Positions 16,737 to 25,455 of a stretch of DNA of 64,000 nt are shown piece by piece. The stretch covers positions 1 to 64,000 of the IMG/VR virus record IMGVR_UViG_2919005990_000001; one strand, given 5' to 3'. The position numbers were made by a program, and so were the translations under genes. Each line of letters opens with the position of its first letter. Position 1 is the stretch's first letter. Under the pieces are notes generated by a model, which was given only the letters and a program-made list of their open reading frames with translations, had not been told where the DNA came from and made no database searches. Source of the DNA: a virus.

Positions 16737-18080
16737 TTAAACCAGGTCGGCTTCTAGTCTTTGCCCGGCACAGATTTCAATCATCCCGCCCAGGGCTTCA
16801 GCATGCACAATATTGCCACAACGGCGGATCGCTTTTTCAATATCCCCCATGCTGTAATCCTCGGCTGAATCAAAGACAATGGCCGGCACATACTTCTCAG
16901 CATGGCTTGAAGCGATTGCCAGGCGATTACGGCCATGTACAACAAAATACTTGCCTCTGGCCTGAAAAACTACAATCGGCTCTCTAATGGTCGCTTTGGC
17001 CTCTTTTAAGCTAGGACTTAGCTTGCTTTGATCCAGTTTGCTAACAGGCAATAAATCAAATTTCCCATCAGCGGCCCATGAATCCAACATCATGCCGCGG
17101 ACGCTATCGAATAACGCCGTTTGGCCGGTAAAGATCCGGGCTTTAAACTGCTCAAGACTGAGTTCGATAATCTGGCCGATACCGCTGAACTTTTCATCAT
17201 AATGCGCCTGGTACAGCTGCTGCGCTTCATTATTCGAGTTCACACCTAAAATGACCTTATGTTCGTCAAAATCACCACGTTCATCCAACTGATTCATGAT
17301 GAATACTTTGCCGTCATAGTCATGTGGGGTATTCGGTGCAATAAACACGTCCAGTTCATCACCATCTGCGCCCAGGGTATTTTCAAAGTAGCCATAGTGA
17401 GCGGTCATTGTGGTTTCCCAGTCCTGGCCGTTCTTATCCGTGCCCTTTCGGGTACTGCCAATCGGGTTTTCGATAGCGATATCCATGCCGGCAATATTGA
17501 CCTTCGCCGTTTTATAGTCATTCGCTATCAGCTGCTCTTGGGTTTGGGTTTCCCCTTCATGCAGCGGACTTGTGGCGGCCGCTTGGGCCAGTGCATCAGG
17601 TAGTTGCACCACCTTAGATCCATTGACCAATTGATTGAACCACTCCGGCCCTGGAATTTCACCCTTGACGCTATCAAGCATCAAGTGGGCAAGTTGCCCA
17701 ATCAATAAAGCACCATCAGCGCCCAGGCTATCAAGTAGGGCTCCGCTTTCAACCTTTGCTGATACCGCTTTGACGGCATCTAAAAAGATCGGTGGCACCG
17801 TAGCGCTGTTTAACAGCATCTTGGTCGATGTAACGGCGCCCTGTAGGGTTTCCAAAGTGATTTCATTGTTCTGCACAATGCGCTCAAATGGGGATAGATC
17901 CACACTGATTTCAGGCACTGCGGCCTGGGTGGCGGCAATGCCACCACCCAATAAAGCCACAATGTCATTCACCCGGCGCGATGCCTTAAACTTTTCCATG
18001 CCCTTGATGGCGCCGGAATTAACCTGGGCCACCAGGCTATTAAGTTCACGCGATAATTTAAATTTATCAGCTGCTTTCAT
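16737..18080 (-). CDS. fusion protein: unknown N-terminal region, inorganic-pyrophosphatase-like domain and ParB-like nuclease domain
   Basis: IAIENPIGSTRKG..HYGYFENTLGADGDELDVFI..VFIMNQLDERGDFDEHKVILGV parallels E. coli PPase (IEIP.., [39 protein letters not shown]), nt about 17181-17498. The C-terminal PIVVFQARGKYFVVHGRNRLAIA is ParB-like (nt about 16820-16988). Confidence 0.6.
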   Translation of the reverse strand: MKAADKFKLSRELNSLVAQVNSGAIKGMEKFKASRRVNDIVALLGGGIAATQAAVPEISVDLSPFERIVQNNEITLETLQGAVTSTKMLLNSATVPPIFLDAVKAVSAKVESGALLDSLGADGALLIGQLAHLMLDSVKGEIPGPEWFNQLVNGSKVVQLPDALAQAAATSPLHEGETQTQEQLIANDYKTAKVNIAGMDIAIENPIGSTRKGTDKNGQDWETTMTAHYGYFENTLGADGDELDVFIAPNTPHDYDGKVFIMNQLDERGDFDEHKVILGVNSNNEAQQLYQAHYDEKFSGIGQIIELSLEQFKARIFTGQTALFDSVRGMMLDSWAADGKFDLLPVSKLDQSKLSPSLKEAKATIREPIVVFQARGKYFVVHGRNRLAIASSHAEKYVPAIVFDSAEDYSMGDIEKAIRRCGNIVHAEALGGMIEICAGQRLEADLV

Positions 18081-18089
18081 GTTGGCACC

Positions 18090-21000
18090 TTATGCGATGG
18101 TTTGTGCATTTTTCAATGCAGCTTGTGAATAGGCTTCAATGGCTTGTTCAAACAGGGCCTCATGCGCCGGTTCCAGATTCTCGCCAATCTGTTCAATTCG
18201 GTTTGCCGTGTCTTCAGACAGTAGATCCACATTGCCGGCAATCACATCATTTAAGAATTGCTGATCCTGGTTCGCCTCTGTCGGCTGCTCTGCTGCATTC
18301 ACCTGGTTCCATCGATCAATCGTTTCGTTTGCACGTTTAATTGAATCTTCAATTTCAGCACGATACTTTTCATCACGGAATTTACGCTGTAGTACTGCTT
18401 CAGCCTTTTCAATCCAGGGCTTGAACTTGCCTGGTACATCGGCATTCTTAAATTCAGACGGCGTATGGCCCTGCAAATCTAAAATGATGTGGTCAAGCAT
18501 GCGGTAGGCGTCTTCGGCTTCTTTCTTCAGCACAATACCGGCCGGGGCTTCATTGTTCATTTGAACATTCTGTTCATTCTCGACCTGGGCCGGAACTGCG
18601 TTATTAATTAAACCTGCCAAGTCCTGTGCGACCAGGCTTAAATCATCGCGTAGATTGAACGCGGTGCCAGGGATGCTATAGGTCACGCCGACCAGATTGG
18701 CCCCACCGCCGACCTGTTTAAGATCCATCTTCAGCGTATAACCATTCTTGCTTAGATCCTTAAAGCGTTCACCAGTCCATCCCAGGTCACGCAAAGCATT
18801 GCGGGTATCGATTAAACGGCTTTGGAAAAATGAATCAAGCGGATCTTGCCATTCCTTCAGCTGCTCTTCATCGTTCATAATTTTTGCATAGTCACCGGCC
18901 TGGGTCGCGTCCGTGATTTCATCCACTGGCGCCGCCGTTGCATAGCCCTGGACAAACAACATGATCTCTTTGGCTTTGGTTTTAATGCCTTGCTCTGAGG
19001 CTTCAGGCAGGGTGAAGGTCTGAATGTCTTCATCCGCGGTATTGTTTAACGCAATTTCGCCACTCTTACGGAATGGATCAAATTGCAGTTTTAAACGGTC
19101 TGATTGGCCTTTTACTTGCACTTCAATAACCGCGGTACTGCCCGCTTTCTCCCATCCATTTGCATGTAACTCAGCAATCAATGCTTTCACTAAATCAATT
19201 GCGCCGGCGTTCTCATACGGATTGTCTGAAGCCACGATCCCCAGGACGTCTGCACCGATCACCAGGCTTAATTTAACGGCCATATCAGCAAAGGTATAGG
19301 ACTTATCCCCCATTGCTTCACCCATGCCCATCATGCGATGTGTTAGCCAGGCTTTCGTTCCTTCTAAGTCCCCTGCATATTGACCGCCTACGCCGTCCAG
19401 ATTAATCAGTACTTCATAGAGTCCGCCCTCTACTGGCTGAATTGTTACGGTTCCGGCTGCCTTACGTGCACGTGGATTCGCGGATTTAATTGCATAGACT
19501 GATTTCTTTAATTCAGCTTGATCATTGTTCATTTGAACATTCTGTTCATTTTGTTCATTTTCCAGAACTTTAATAAACATATTCAACACTTCGCCATCAG
19601 CACCAACACTATCCAACATGGCATTGACATTGTTTTGTTCAGTTTCTATACTGTCATTAAGGCGGTAACTGCCGATGTGGGTCAGCGGATCAAGCTTGTC
19701 TTGAATGGCTCCCGCCGTTAGAAGTGTTACTGCATGAAGCCCGTCTAATAGCGGGCTTTTTGCATTTTTGAACATATTAGGACTAATCGTGTGATCATAG
19801 TGATAATGTCCTTTGTCATCCTCACGAATTACAAAACGCACTTCCACTTTTTCTTCTTTTAGAACTAAAGGCGCTGTCAAAATATGATAAGCCTTGATGT
19901 TGCTTTCACCTGCATCATACGATGGCATTGATTCAGCCAGTTCTGCATTAGCCAATAGATCTTTAAGCGCCGCAAGGGCCTGTAATTTACGCGCATCGCT
20001 ACTGAGGCTCAGGATCTTTTTCACGCCGTTTTTACGAATTTCAACATCGGCATTAAGGGCCGGGCATGGGTAGGCATTACCAATCATTTCAGACAAAGCG
20101 GTTTTTACTACTGCACGTAGTTCCTTCTTGTCTTCAGGTAAATTAAACTCCCCAAATTCATCGCCGGTCAGTTCTGGCACCTGGGCGGCTTCAGCAACTA
20201 ATTTTTGCAAAATCTCAGCAATATTCACCTGGGTCGCTTGGTCTGTCGTGAATGCTGCAATAGATTCGGAACCGCTGTTACCCTTCAATAGATCCAGATT
20301 CCCGTCAAAATCGACTGAAGCGCGGGCCAATACATTGCCGTCTTTGCCAATTTGTGCGGTGATGCCATAAATTAACTGGCCTTGATGATCGATAGAATCA
20401 AATAAGCCGGCTGTGGCTTCGGTCTGATTGAAATCAGCGAATACAATGTCCAGGCCACATGCTACGGCGGCCTTTTTCAGCTGCTCGACCGTGAACGCAT
20501 AATCGCCAGTTTTGCCCAAATAGGGTGATGTTTCGTCTTCAATTTCGCCTTCATTGCTAAAATCGAAATCACGTTCAAAGGCCCGCTGTGCAATGGCTTT
20601 AACAATGTAGTCCACGCTTTCAGTGGTATCGATAGTATCTACGATTAAACGCATTGAACTAAGTTCAATCTCTGGATTCTCTTCATCTTCATCTGTGGCG
20701 ATTTCCAGGTCATAGCCATTGTCAGACTCAAGTTCGACATGCCATTCGGCTTGTGTTGATCCTTCAGGCTTGCTAAAGCCATGCTCATTGATCAGGCGCA
20801 TGACGATTTCATTCAGCTTGGCAATAACGGCCGTTTTTGCCTCCTGGTTTTGATCTAAATCGGCTTTTAGTCCTTCGTGGAACTTGTCTGCACCTGCTTT
20901 GGCTTCATCCTCAAGTGATACCGGATCTACGGCGTCCTTTTGCTGCATTGCCAGGGCTTCGGTTTCTTGCTGCTTGCGGATCATTGCGCCGTCAATCTGC

Positions 21001-22088
21001 TGCTGAATCTCAATACCTTGCTGCTGCAAAGTACGCAATTCAAGCTGTGCTGCTTCGACCTGTGCGACCAATTCATTCAGTAAGAGTTCATCTTTATTTT
21101 TGAGGGCCTGGGCGCGTTTAAAACGATCATGGTTCTTTGCCAGTACCTTGAACATACGGGCCGCAATTTGCGGGTATTTACGCGCATCTACGGCGCGTGG
21201 CTGAAGGATGGCCGTTACATCACGTTTATTTAAAATCCATTTCCATGACGTTAGGACGTCTGTTCCGGTCAGTTTGCCTGGCGTAGTATCTGGATTATTA
21301 AACAGCACAGTGATGGTCTGTGAATCGCTCATTTCAAAGATGGCACCGACATTCACCACGCCTTGACGCTTGAACGGTTCAATCGGGGTTACGGTCTTAA
21401 CAAAAAACTCTTCAGTGTCTGTTGCTTTCAGGGCTTCAGCCAGTTTTTGTGTGACCATTTCAAGCTTGTTGTACTTGATAATCATGGCATCAAGCATCAC
21501 GCCTTCACTGTCTTCATCAACCAACATGGCAATAATGTCACGCGGACTGACTTGCTCAAGCAATGTGCCTTGAATGTCACAGCCGGCCATATCAAACATG
21601 ACCTGGCTTAAACGGCCGCCATGCGATACAAGCTGATCATTTTCATCCCAAATCACCGGGCTTACTGTGCCCTGGGCATCGAGTAGCATGGCATCAGCAC
21701 CCAAGAAATACGCCGTTTTATGCGGCAAGGTGGCACTGTCCAGGAAAGTCTTTAAACCGTTGTCCGTAACGGGGATCTGGTTTTTCACCACGCCTTTACG
21801 GGCCTCGGTCAAGTACTTCTGACATAAACGATGTGCCTGTTCATCACTGACAGCGCCCTTAATGGCGACATGATCCAGGAACATGCCCGAACCATTCACG
21901 ATATTAAGGATTTTCCATTGGTCATCTGCAGTGGCACCATCGCATAAAATCGCGGGGACAGTACGCACTTTGCCTTGCAGCACACCAATATTGGCATCGC
22001 ATGAGTCCAGTAACACACCGTCCGCTGTATTTAAGCGGATGGTCTGCCCTGTGGTGAATTGTGCTTTAAAAAGCATTTGGTCTAACAT
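18090..22088 (-). CDS. 1332-aa multi-module protein, probably a packaged/ejected virion protein; no catalytic motif recognised
   Basis: Uninterrupted ORF with an ATG start and AAGG SD. The 41-bp element lies 32 nt upstream. Two in-frame palindrome arrays and many h-h-D-S/A motifs are present. Confidence 0.7.
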   Translation of the reverse strand: MLDQMLFKAQFTTGQTIRLNTADGVLLDSCDANIGVLQGKVRTVPAILCDGATADDQWKILNIVNGSGMFLDHVAIKGAVSDEQAHRLCQKYLTEARKGVVKNQIPVTDNGLKTFLDSATLPHKTAYFLGADAMLLDAQGTVSPVIWDENDQLVSHGGRLSQVMFDMAGCDIQGTLLEQVSPRDIIAMLVDEDSEGVMLDAMIIKYNKLEMVTQKLAEALKATDTEEFFVKTVTPIEPFKRQGVVNVGAIFEMSDSQTITVLFNNPDTTPGKLTGTDVLTSWKWILNKRDVTAILQPRAVDARKYPQIAARMFKVLAKNHDRFKRAQALKNKDELLLNELVAQVEAAQLELRTLQQQGIEIQQQIDGAMIRKQQETEALAMQQKDAVDPVSLEDEAKAGADKFHEGLKADLDQNQEAKTAVIAKLNEIVMRLINEHGFSKPEGSTQAEWHVELESDNGYDLEIATDEDEENPEIELSSMRLIVDTIDTTESVDYIVKAIAQRAFERDFDFSNEGEIEDETSPYLGKTGDYAFTVEQLKKAAVACGLDIVFADFNQTEATAGLFDSIDHQGQLIYGITAQIGKDGNVLARASVDFDGNLDLLKGNSGSESIAAFTTDQATQVNIAEILQKLVAEAAQVPELTGDEFGEFNLPEDKKELRAVVKTALSEMIGNAYPCPALNADVEIRKNGVKKILSLSSDARKLQALAALKDLLANAELAESMPSYDAGESNIKAYHILTAPLVLKEEKVEVRFVIREDDKGHYHYDHTISPNMFKNAKSPLLDGLHAVTLLTAGAIQDKLDPLTHIGSYRLNDSIETEQNNVNAMLDSVGADGEVLNMFIKVLENEQNEQNVQMNNDQAELKKSVYAIKSANPRARKAAGTVTIQPVEGGLYEVLINLDGVGGQYAGDLEGTKAWLTHRMMGMGEAMGDKSYTFADMAVKLSLVIGADVLGIVASDNPYENAGAIDLVKALIAELHANGWEKAGSTAVIEVQVKGQSDRLKLQFDPFRKSGEIALNNTADEDIQTFTLPEASEQGIKTKAKEIMLFVQGYATAAPVDEITDATQAGDYAKIMNDEEQLKEWQDPLDSFFQSRLIDTRNALRDLGWTGERFKDLSKNGYTLKMDLKQVGGGANLVGVTYSIPGTAFNLRDDLSLVAQDLAGLINNAVPAQVENEQNVQMNNEAPAGIVLKKEAEDAYRMLDHIILDLQGHTPSEFKNADVPGKFKPWIEKAEAVLQRKFRDEKYRAEIEDSIKRANETIDRWNQVNAAEQPTEANQDQQFLNDVIAGNVDLLSEDTANRIEQIGENLEPAHEALFEQAIEAYSQAALKNAQTIA
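18554..18578. repeat. palindrome array (1.5 units) inside the 1332-aa CDS
   Basis: tgttcatttgaaca at 18554-18567 and tgttcatt at 18571. It is translated as ENEQNVQMNNE. Confidence 0.6.
19526..19559. repeat. palindrome array (about 2 units) inside the 1332-aa CDS
   Basis: tgttcatttgaaca at 19526-19539, and tgttcatt at 19543 and 19552. It is translated as NEQNEQNVQMNND. Confidence 0.6.
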
Positions 22089-22120
22089 GATAAGCGCCTT
22101 TGCTATTCAGCTTGTTTTCC

Positions 22121-22161
22121 CTATTCTGACTGAATGAAAAAGGCGGCTTTTTTATTATTCC
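22121..22161 (-). promoter_or_regulatory. 41-bp upstream element
   Basis: GGAATAAT-AAAAAAGCCGCCTTTTTCATTCAGTC-AGAATAG, 32 nt upstream of ATG 22088. Confidence 0.6.
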
Positions 22162-22826
22162 ATGAAATTTCTAAGCACGGTGAAGGTGGCCGGGACATAC
22201 GCCAATTCACTGACGCCATTGGCACTCAATGCATCAATGCTTGCCAGGTTCGGGGCAACAATCCAGGTACGTTCCACCGGCTTAAAATCCAGGCCCAAAT
22301 CTTTAGAAAATAAGCCCACGGTCATGCGCACTGCATAGGAGGCGGGCGGGTTTACTGTTCCATCCTCATTCACCATCAATTGCCCCCAAGCTAACATGCT
22401 GTTGCAAATCCATGCCTGGGCGGTTTCCAGGAAAGTAAGCTGCAAATCTGGCTCAGTCATGCCCGTTAAATGGCTAATCTGGAAAGGCCCGGCCTTTACT
22501 TGCTCAAATTCAGCCTGAATAATCGGTAAGTTGGTTTCCGTCACCAGATAGCGGCAATTGGCCTGGCTTACAATTGGCAGTCCTTTGGTCGCATTGTTCC
22601 GGTATGCCTGGAACTTCACAAAATAATTGCAATTGAGGATCTGGCCCAGGTCATGCAATTCCACATATAGCTGCTGAAACTCATCTGCAGCATGCCCAAA
22701 ATGCCGCTTGAGCCGCATTTGTTTAGTGCCAAATTCTGCGGACAGGTCCTTTATTTTCAGTTCCGGGATCTGGGGGATTTTCCCGATCAGGATATTTTCA
22801 TCGAACTTTCCCAGTTTAAAGCTCAT
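22155..22826 (-). CDS. structural protein with a tube-family (T4 gp19-like) pattern
   Basis: PDLQLTFLETAQAWICNSMLAWGQL and TWIVAPNLASIDALSANGVSELAYVPATFTV resemble gp19-type tube motifs. The start abuts the upstream stop (TAAATG). Confidence 0.35.
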   Translation of the reverse strand: MSFKLGKFDENILIGKIPQIPELKIKDLSAEFGTKQMRLKRHFGHAADEFQQLYVELHDLGQILNCNYFVKFQAYRNNATKGLPIVSQANCRYLVTETNLPIIQAEFEQVKAGPFQISHLTGMTEPDLQLTFLETAQAWICNSMLAWGQLMVNEDGTVNPPASYAVRMTVGLFSKDLGLDFKPVERTWIVAPNLASIDALSANGVSELAYVPATFTVLRNFME

Positions 22827-24425
22827 TTAGATCCCCTCTTCATCATCATCGGGTGCACCACCACCAAAACCACCATCACCACCAGGGCCGCCATTTTCAG
22901 CGTCCTTGTCCTCTTTTTTGGCTTTGGCTAGATCCTCTGCAATCATTTCAGCATGACTATCATCCATCCCTAAGATTTCAGTCAGTAGCAAGGTATTTGA
23001 ATCTTTGCCCAGGCCGACTTCTTTTAAGCTCAAAATAGACGTTGTGGTAATGGCTAAAGTATTGGCTCGGGTACTCTTATTATTCAGGGATTCGGTCGCG
23101 GCTGCGCTGATATCGCTATAGAACTCAATCTTGAAAGGCAAATCACCACGCTTAAAGACTTTGCCGTACTTGTAGGCAAAATGCATGATGATGATATCAA
23201 TAATTGGCTCAGTCACAGCCTGGCGGATCAATGAACTGTTTTGCATCACCTGGGCCGATGTATGAAACGCCGCCCCATCGCCTAAGCCCCCGCTAATGAG
23301 CTCCATCCATCCGGTAAGGCTTAAATCCAGGCCCAGGGCACCTACCCCACGCTTTAAGTGTGTAAGGGCCAATTCCATCGTTAGAGGCGCCGAACGCTTG
23401 GTGATATCCCCCAGGGAATTAAGGATCTGTTTTTCACCCCATGACGGCAAAAACAGATAATTGGTGGCCCAAAGTGGATCACCCCCGGACAGGGCTTTTT
23501 TGGTCTTTTCATGCAGCTGCAGTAATGAGGCTTGTAGGCCCTTTTTATATTTCTGGCGTGATGCTTCAGGCATCCCGGACATATCCACCGACATGACCTG
23601 GTTATTCACTGAATCGGCAATTTGTTGGCTGTTTAATGCGGCAAAGCTTAACACCCATTCTTTCCAGGCCGGTTCTACCGCTTGAAGGAATGAACCACCG
23701 ACCGGGGACGGGATGATTGGCACCTGGCTTAAATCATTTTCATCCAGGATCTGCTTATACAGCACATGATCAATTCGGAACTGAGGCAACGGCGTAATAC
23801 GCTGCATTTTCATGCGTACCATTTGGTGCTTGTTCAGTTTGGTAATCCGGCGGATCTCAAAATCATTCACTTCTAAAACGTGATAGCCGACTGTACGCCC
23901 GGCCTGTTCAAATGCCTGGATATTGGGCGGGTCTACGGTTTCAGCACATGTAATATGCACCACGCCTAAGCCCTTTTGCGGATATACCCGGGCAAAGCTG
24001 TCACCATATCCAATCCCGTTGCGGGCAAAGGCAAAAATCATATCATTGATCAGGCTTTGTAAGTGCTCGGCCTCTTTTTCAACCAGTTCCCGTAACTCTT
24101 TGGCCCGGATGCCATCACCCTTCACTTTTTCTGAAGGTCGAATGAAGATCACTTCGCCACGGGTTTCATGTCCGCCCAGGGCCGCCGTCACAAGCAAGTT
24201 TAAACAAGCATGAATAGTCGGATCTTGCATCATGATTTTGTACGTGGTGTAAATCTCTTTACGTTCACGCCGTTTTAAGGCTTCACCGTAGTAAACACCC
24301 AGGGAAAACGGCTCATAATTCTCATACACCCCATCAATATCATCCACGCCGGCGGTCATGGTCATGCTTTGTTCTAGGTGTCGTTCTGACCAAATGTTAG
24401 ATAAAAACTTTCCGACCTTGCTCAT
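22827..24425 (-). CDS. portal-like protein (Mu gp29/DUF935-like N-terminal pattern, acidic C-tail)
   Basis: RKEIYTTYKIMMQDPTIHACLNLLVTAALGG fits the portal N-terminal pattern. It is 532 aa with a DDDEEGI tail. The 41-bp element lies 32 nt upstream. Confidence 0.45.
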   Translation of the reverse strand: MSKVGKFLSNIWSERHLEQSMTMTAGVDDIDGVYENYEPFSLGVYYGEALKRRERKEIYTTYKIMMQDPTIHACLNLLVTAALGGHETRGEVIFIRPSEKVKGDGIRAKELRELVEKEAEHLQSLINDMIFAFARNGIGYGDSFARVYPQKGLGVVHITCAETVDPPNIQAFEQAGRTVGYHVLEVNDFEIRRITKLNKHQMVRMKMQRITPLPQFRIDHVLYKQILDENDLSQVPIIPSPVGGSFLQAVEPAWKEWVLSFAALNSQQIADSVNNQVMSVDMSGMPEASRQKYKKGLQASLLQLHEKTKKALSGGDPLWATNYLFLPSWGEKQILNSLGDITKRSAPLTMELALTHLKRGVGALGLDLSLTGWMELISGGLGDGAAFHTSAQVMQNSSLIRQAVTEPIIDIIIMHFAYKYGKVFKRGDLPFKIEFYSDISAAATESLNNKSTRANTLAITTTSILSLKEVGLGKDSNTLLLTEILGMDDSHAEMIAEDLAKAKKEDKDAENGGPGGDGGFGGGAPDDDEEGI

Positions 24426-24457
24426 TAAAAAAGCCCAATTATGCGAATAACTAGGCT

Positions 24458-24498
24458 CTATTTTCGGCTTTTAAAAAAGCCCTCTTTTTTGATATTCC
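24458..24498 (-). promoter_or_regulatory. 41-bp upstream element
   Basis: GGAATATC-AAAAAAGAGGGCTTTTTTAAAAGCCG-AAAATAG, 32 nt upstream of ATG 24425. Confidence 0.65.
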
Positions 24499-25454
24499 TA
24501 TTTTGTCAGTAACGGCGGCAACTCAGGCAAATCAATACAAATGGTCGGAAACTGAATCCCCAACATGCTCAAAACCGACTTCACAAAGCTGACAATTTTA
24601 TCAATCACAAAGGTCATCACGCTTTGCATAAAGATCTGCATGGCTTCACGTAACTCCACGGCCAGACAGCTAAAGTCTGGAAAAAACGGCGATGGAAACT
24701 TGATAATCGGCAAGCCTGGGAACTGGATAAGGGCAAAGATGGCGTTAATGTCCATTTTCAGCACCTGGACCGCATGTACAATCGCGGCATATTCGTCCTT
24801 AAAGTCCTGGATCAACTCCCCGGCAATGGCCTGGGCCTTTGCCTTGAGGATCTGCATGATCATGTTTTGCAGTTCTTTTAAGGTCGGTAATTTAGGCAGG
24901 GTCAATATTGCAGACAATTTCAACTTGTCCAGGACCTGTCCGATCAAGTTGGTCACAATCTCAATTAAGCTGTTCACCGCCTGGCTATAAATGGCCTTGA
25001 AGATGGCATTAATTTCAAAGGATGGGATGCTTAAACCGAAATAAATCGGCAAGGGCAAAAAGGCAGAAATGGCACTTAAAAAGGCTTGGCCGTGCTCTTT
25101 TAACGCCGTGGCAATCATCTGCTTGACCGTGTTGGCATCCATTGCAATCAAGTCCAGGATGGATATATTTAAAAACGGGATCTTGGGTAGCAGACTATCC
25201 AGGGCCAGGCCCAAAAGGCTGACCATTGGCTTAATCATGGCTAACAGGGTTTGCACGGATAACATGCTGCGCCAGTACTGTACCAATTGCGATAATTCGT
25301 TGCTGTAGTGACTAAAATCAATATAGATCGGGATCGGCAAGCCAATCACCGGGATCAGGTTTTTCAGCTTGGAAAAGTCCGGCTTTAAATGCTTGATCTG
25401 GTCGAAAAGTTCCTGGTAGCTTGGCGGCGGAAAGGAAATACAAAACTTTGCCAT
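24498..25454 (-). CDS. hypothetical Leu/Ile/Pro-rich protein downstream of the spike gene
   Basis: 318-aa ORF with an ATG start 1 nt after the upstream stop. Confidence 0.6.
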   Translation of the reverse strand: MAKFCISFPPPSYQELFDQIKHLKPDFSKLKNLIPVIGLPIPIYIDFSHYSNELSQLVQYWRSMLSVQTLLAMIKPMVSLLGLALDSLLPKIPFLNISILDLIAMDANTVKQMIATALKEHGQAFLSAISAFLPLPIYFGLSIPSFEINAIFKAIYSQAVNSLIEIVTNLIGQVLDKLKLSAILTLPKLPTLKELQNMIMQILKAKAQAIAGELIQDFKDEYAAIVHAVQVLKMDINAIFALIQFPGLPIIKFPSPFFPDFSCLAVELREAMQIFMQSVMTFVIDKIVSFVKSVLSMLGIQFPTICIDLPELPPLLTK

Positions 25455-25455
25455 G

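Noticed and set aside
24458-24498. Reading the 41-bp element as an ordinary sigma70 -35/-10 promoter, or as an intrinsic terminator.
   Set aside because: The two conserved blocks are 26-28 nt apart, not 16-18. Only some spacers can form a hairpin, and most lack a GC stem followed by a U-run in the direction of transcription.
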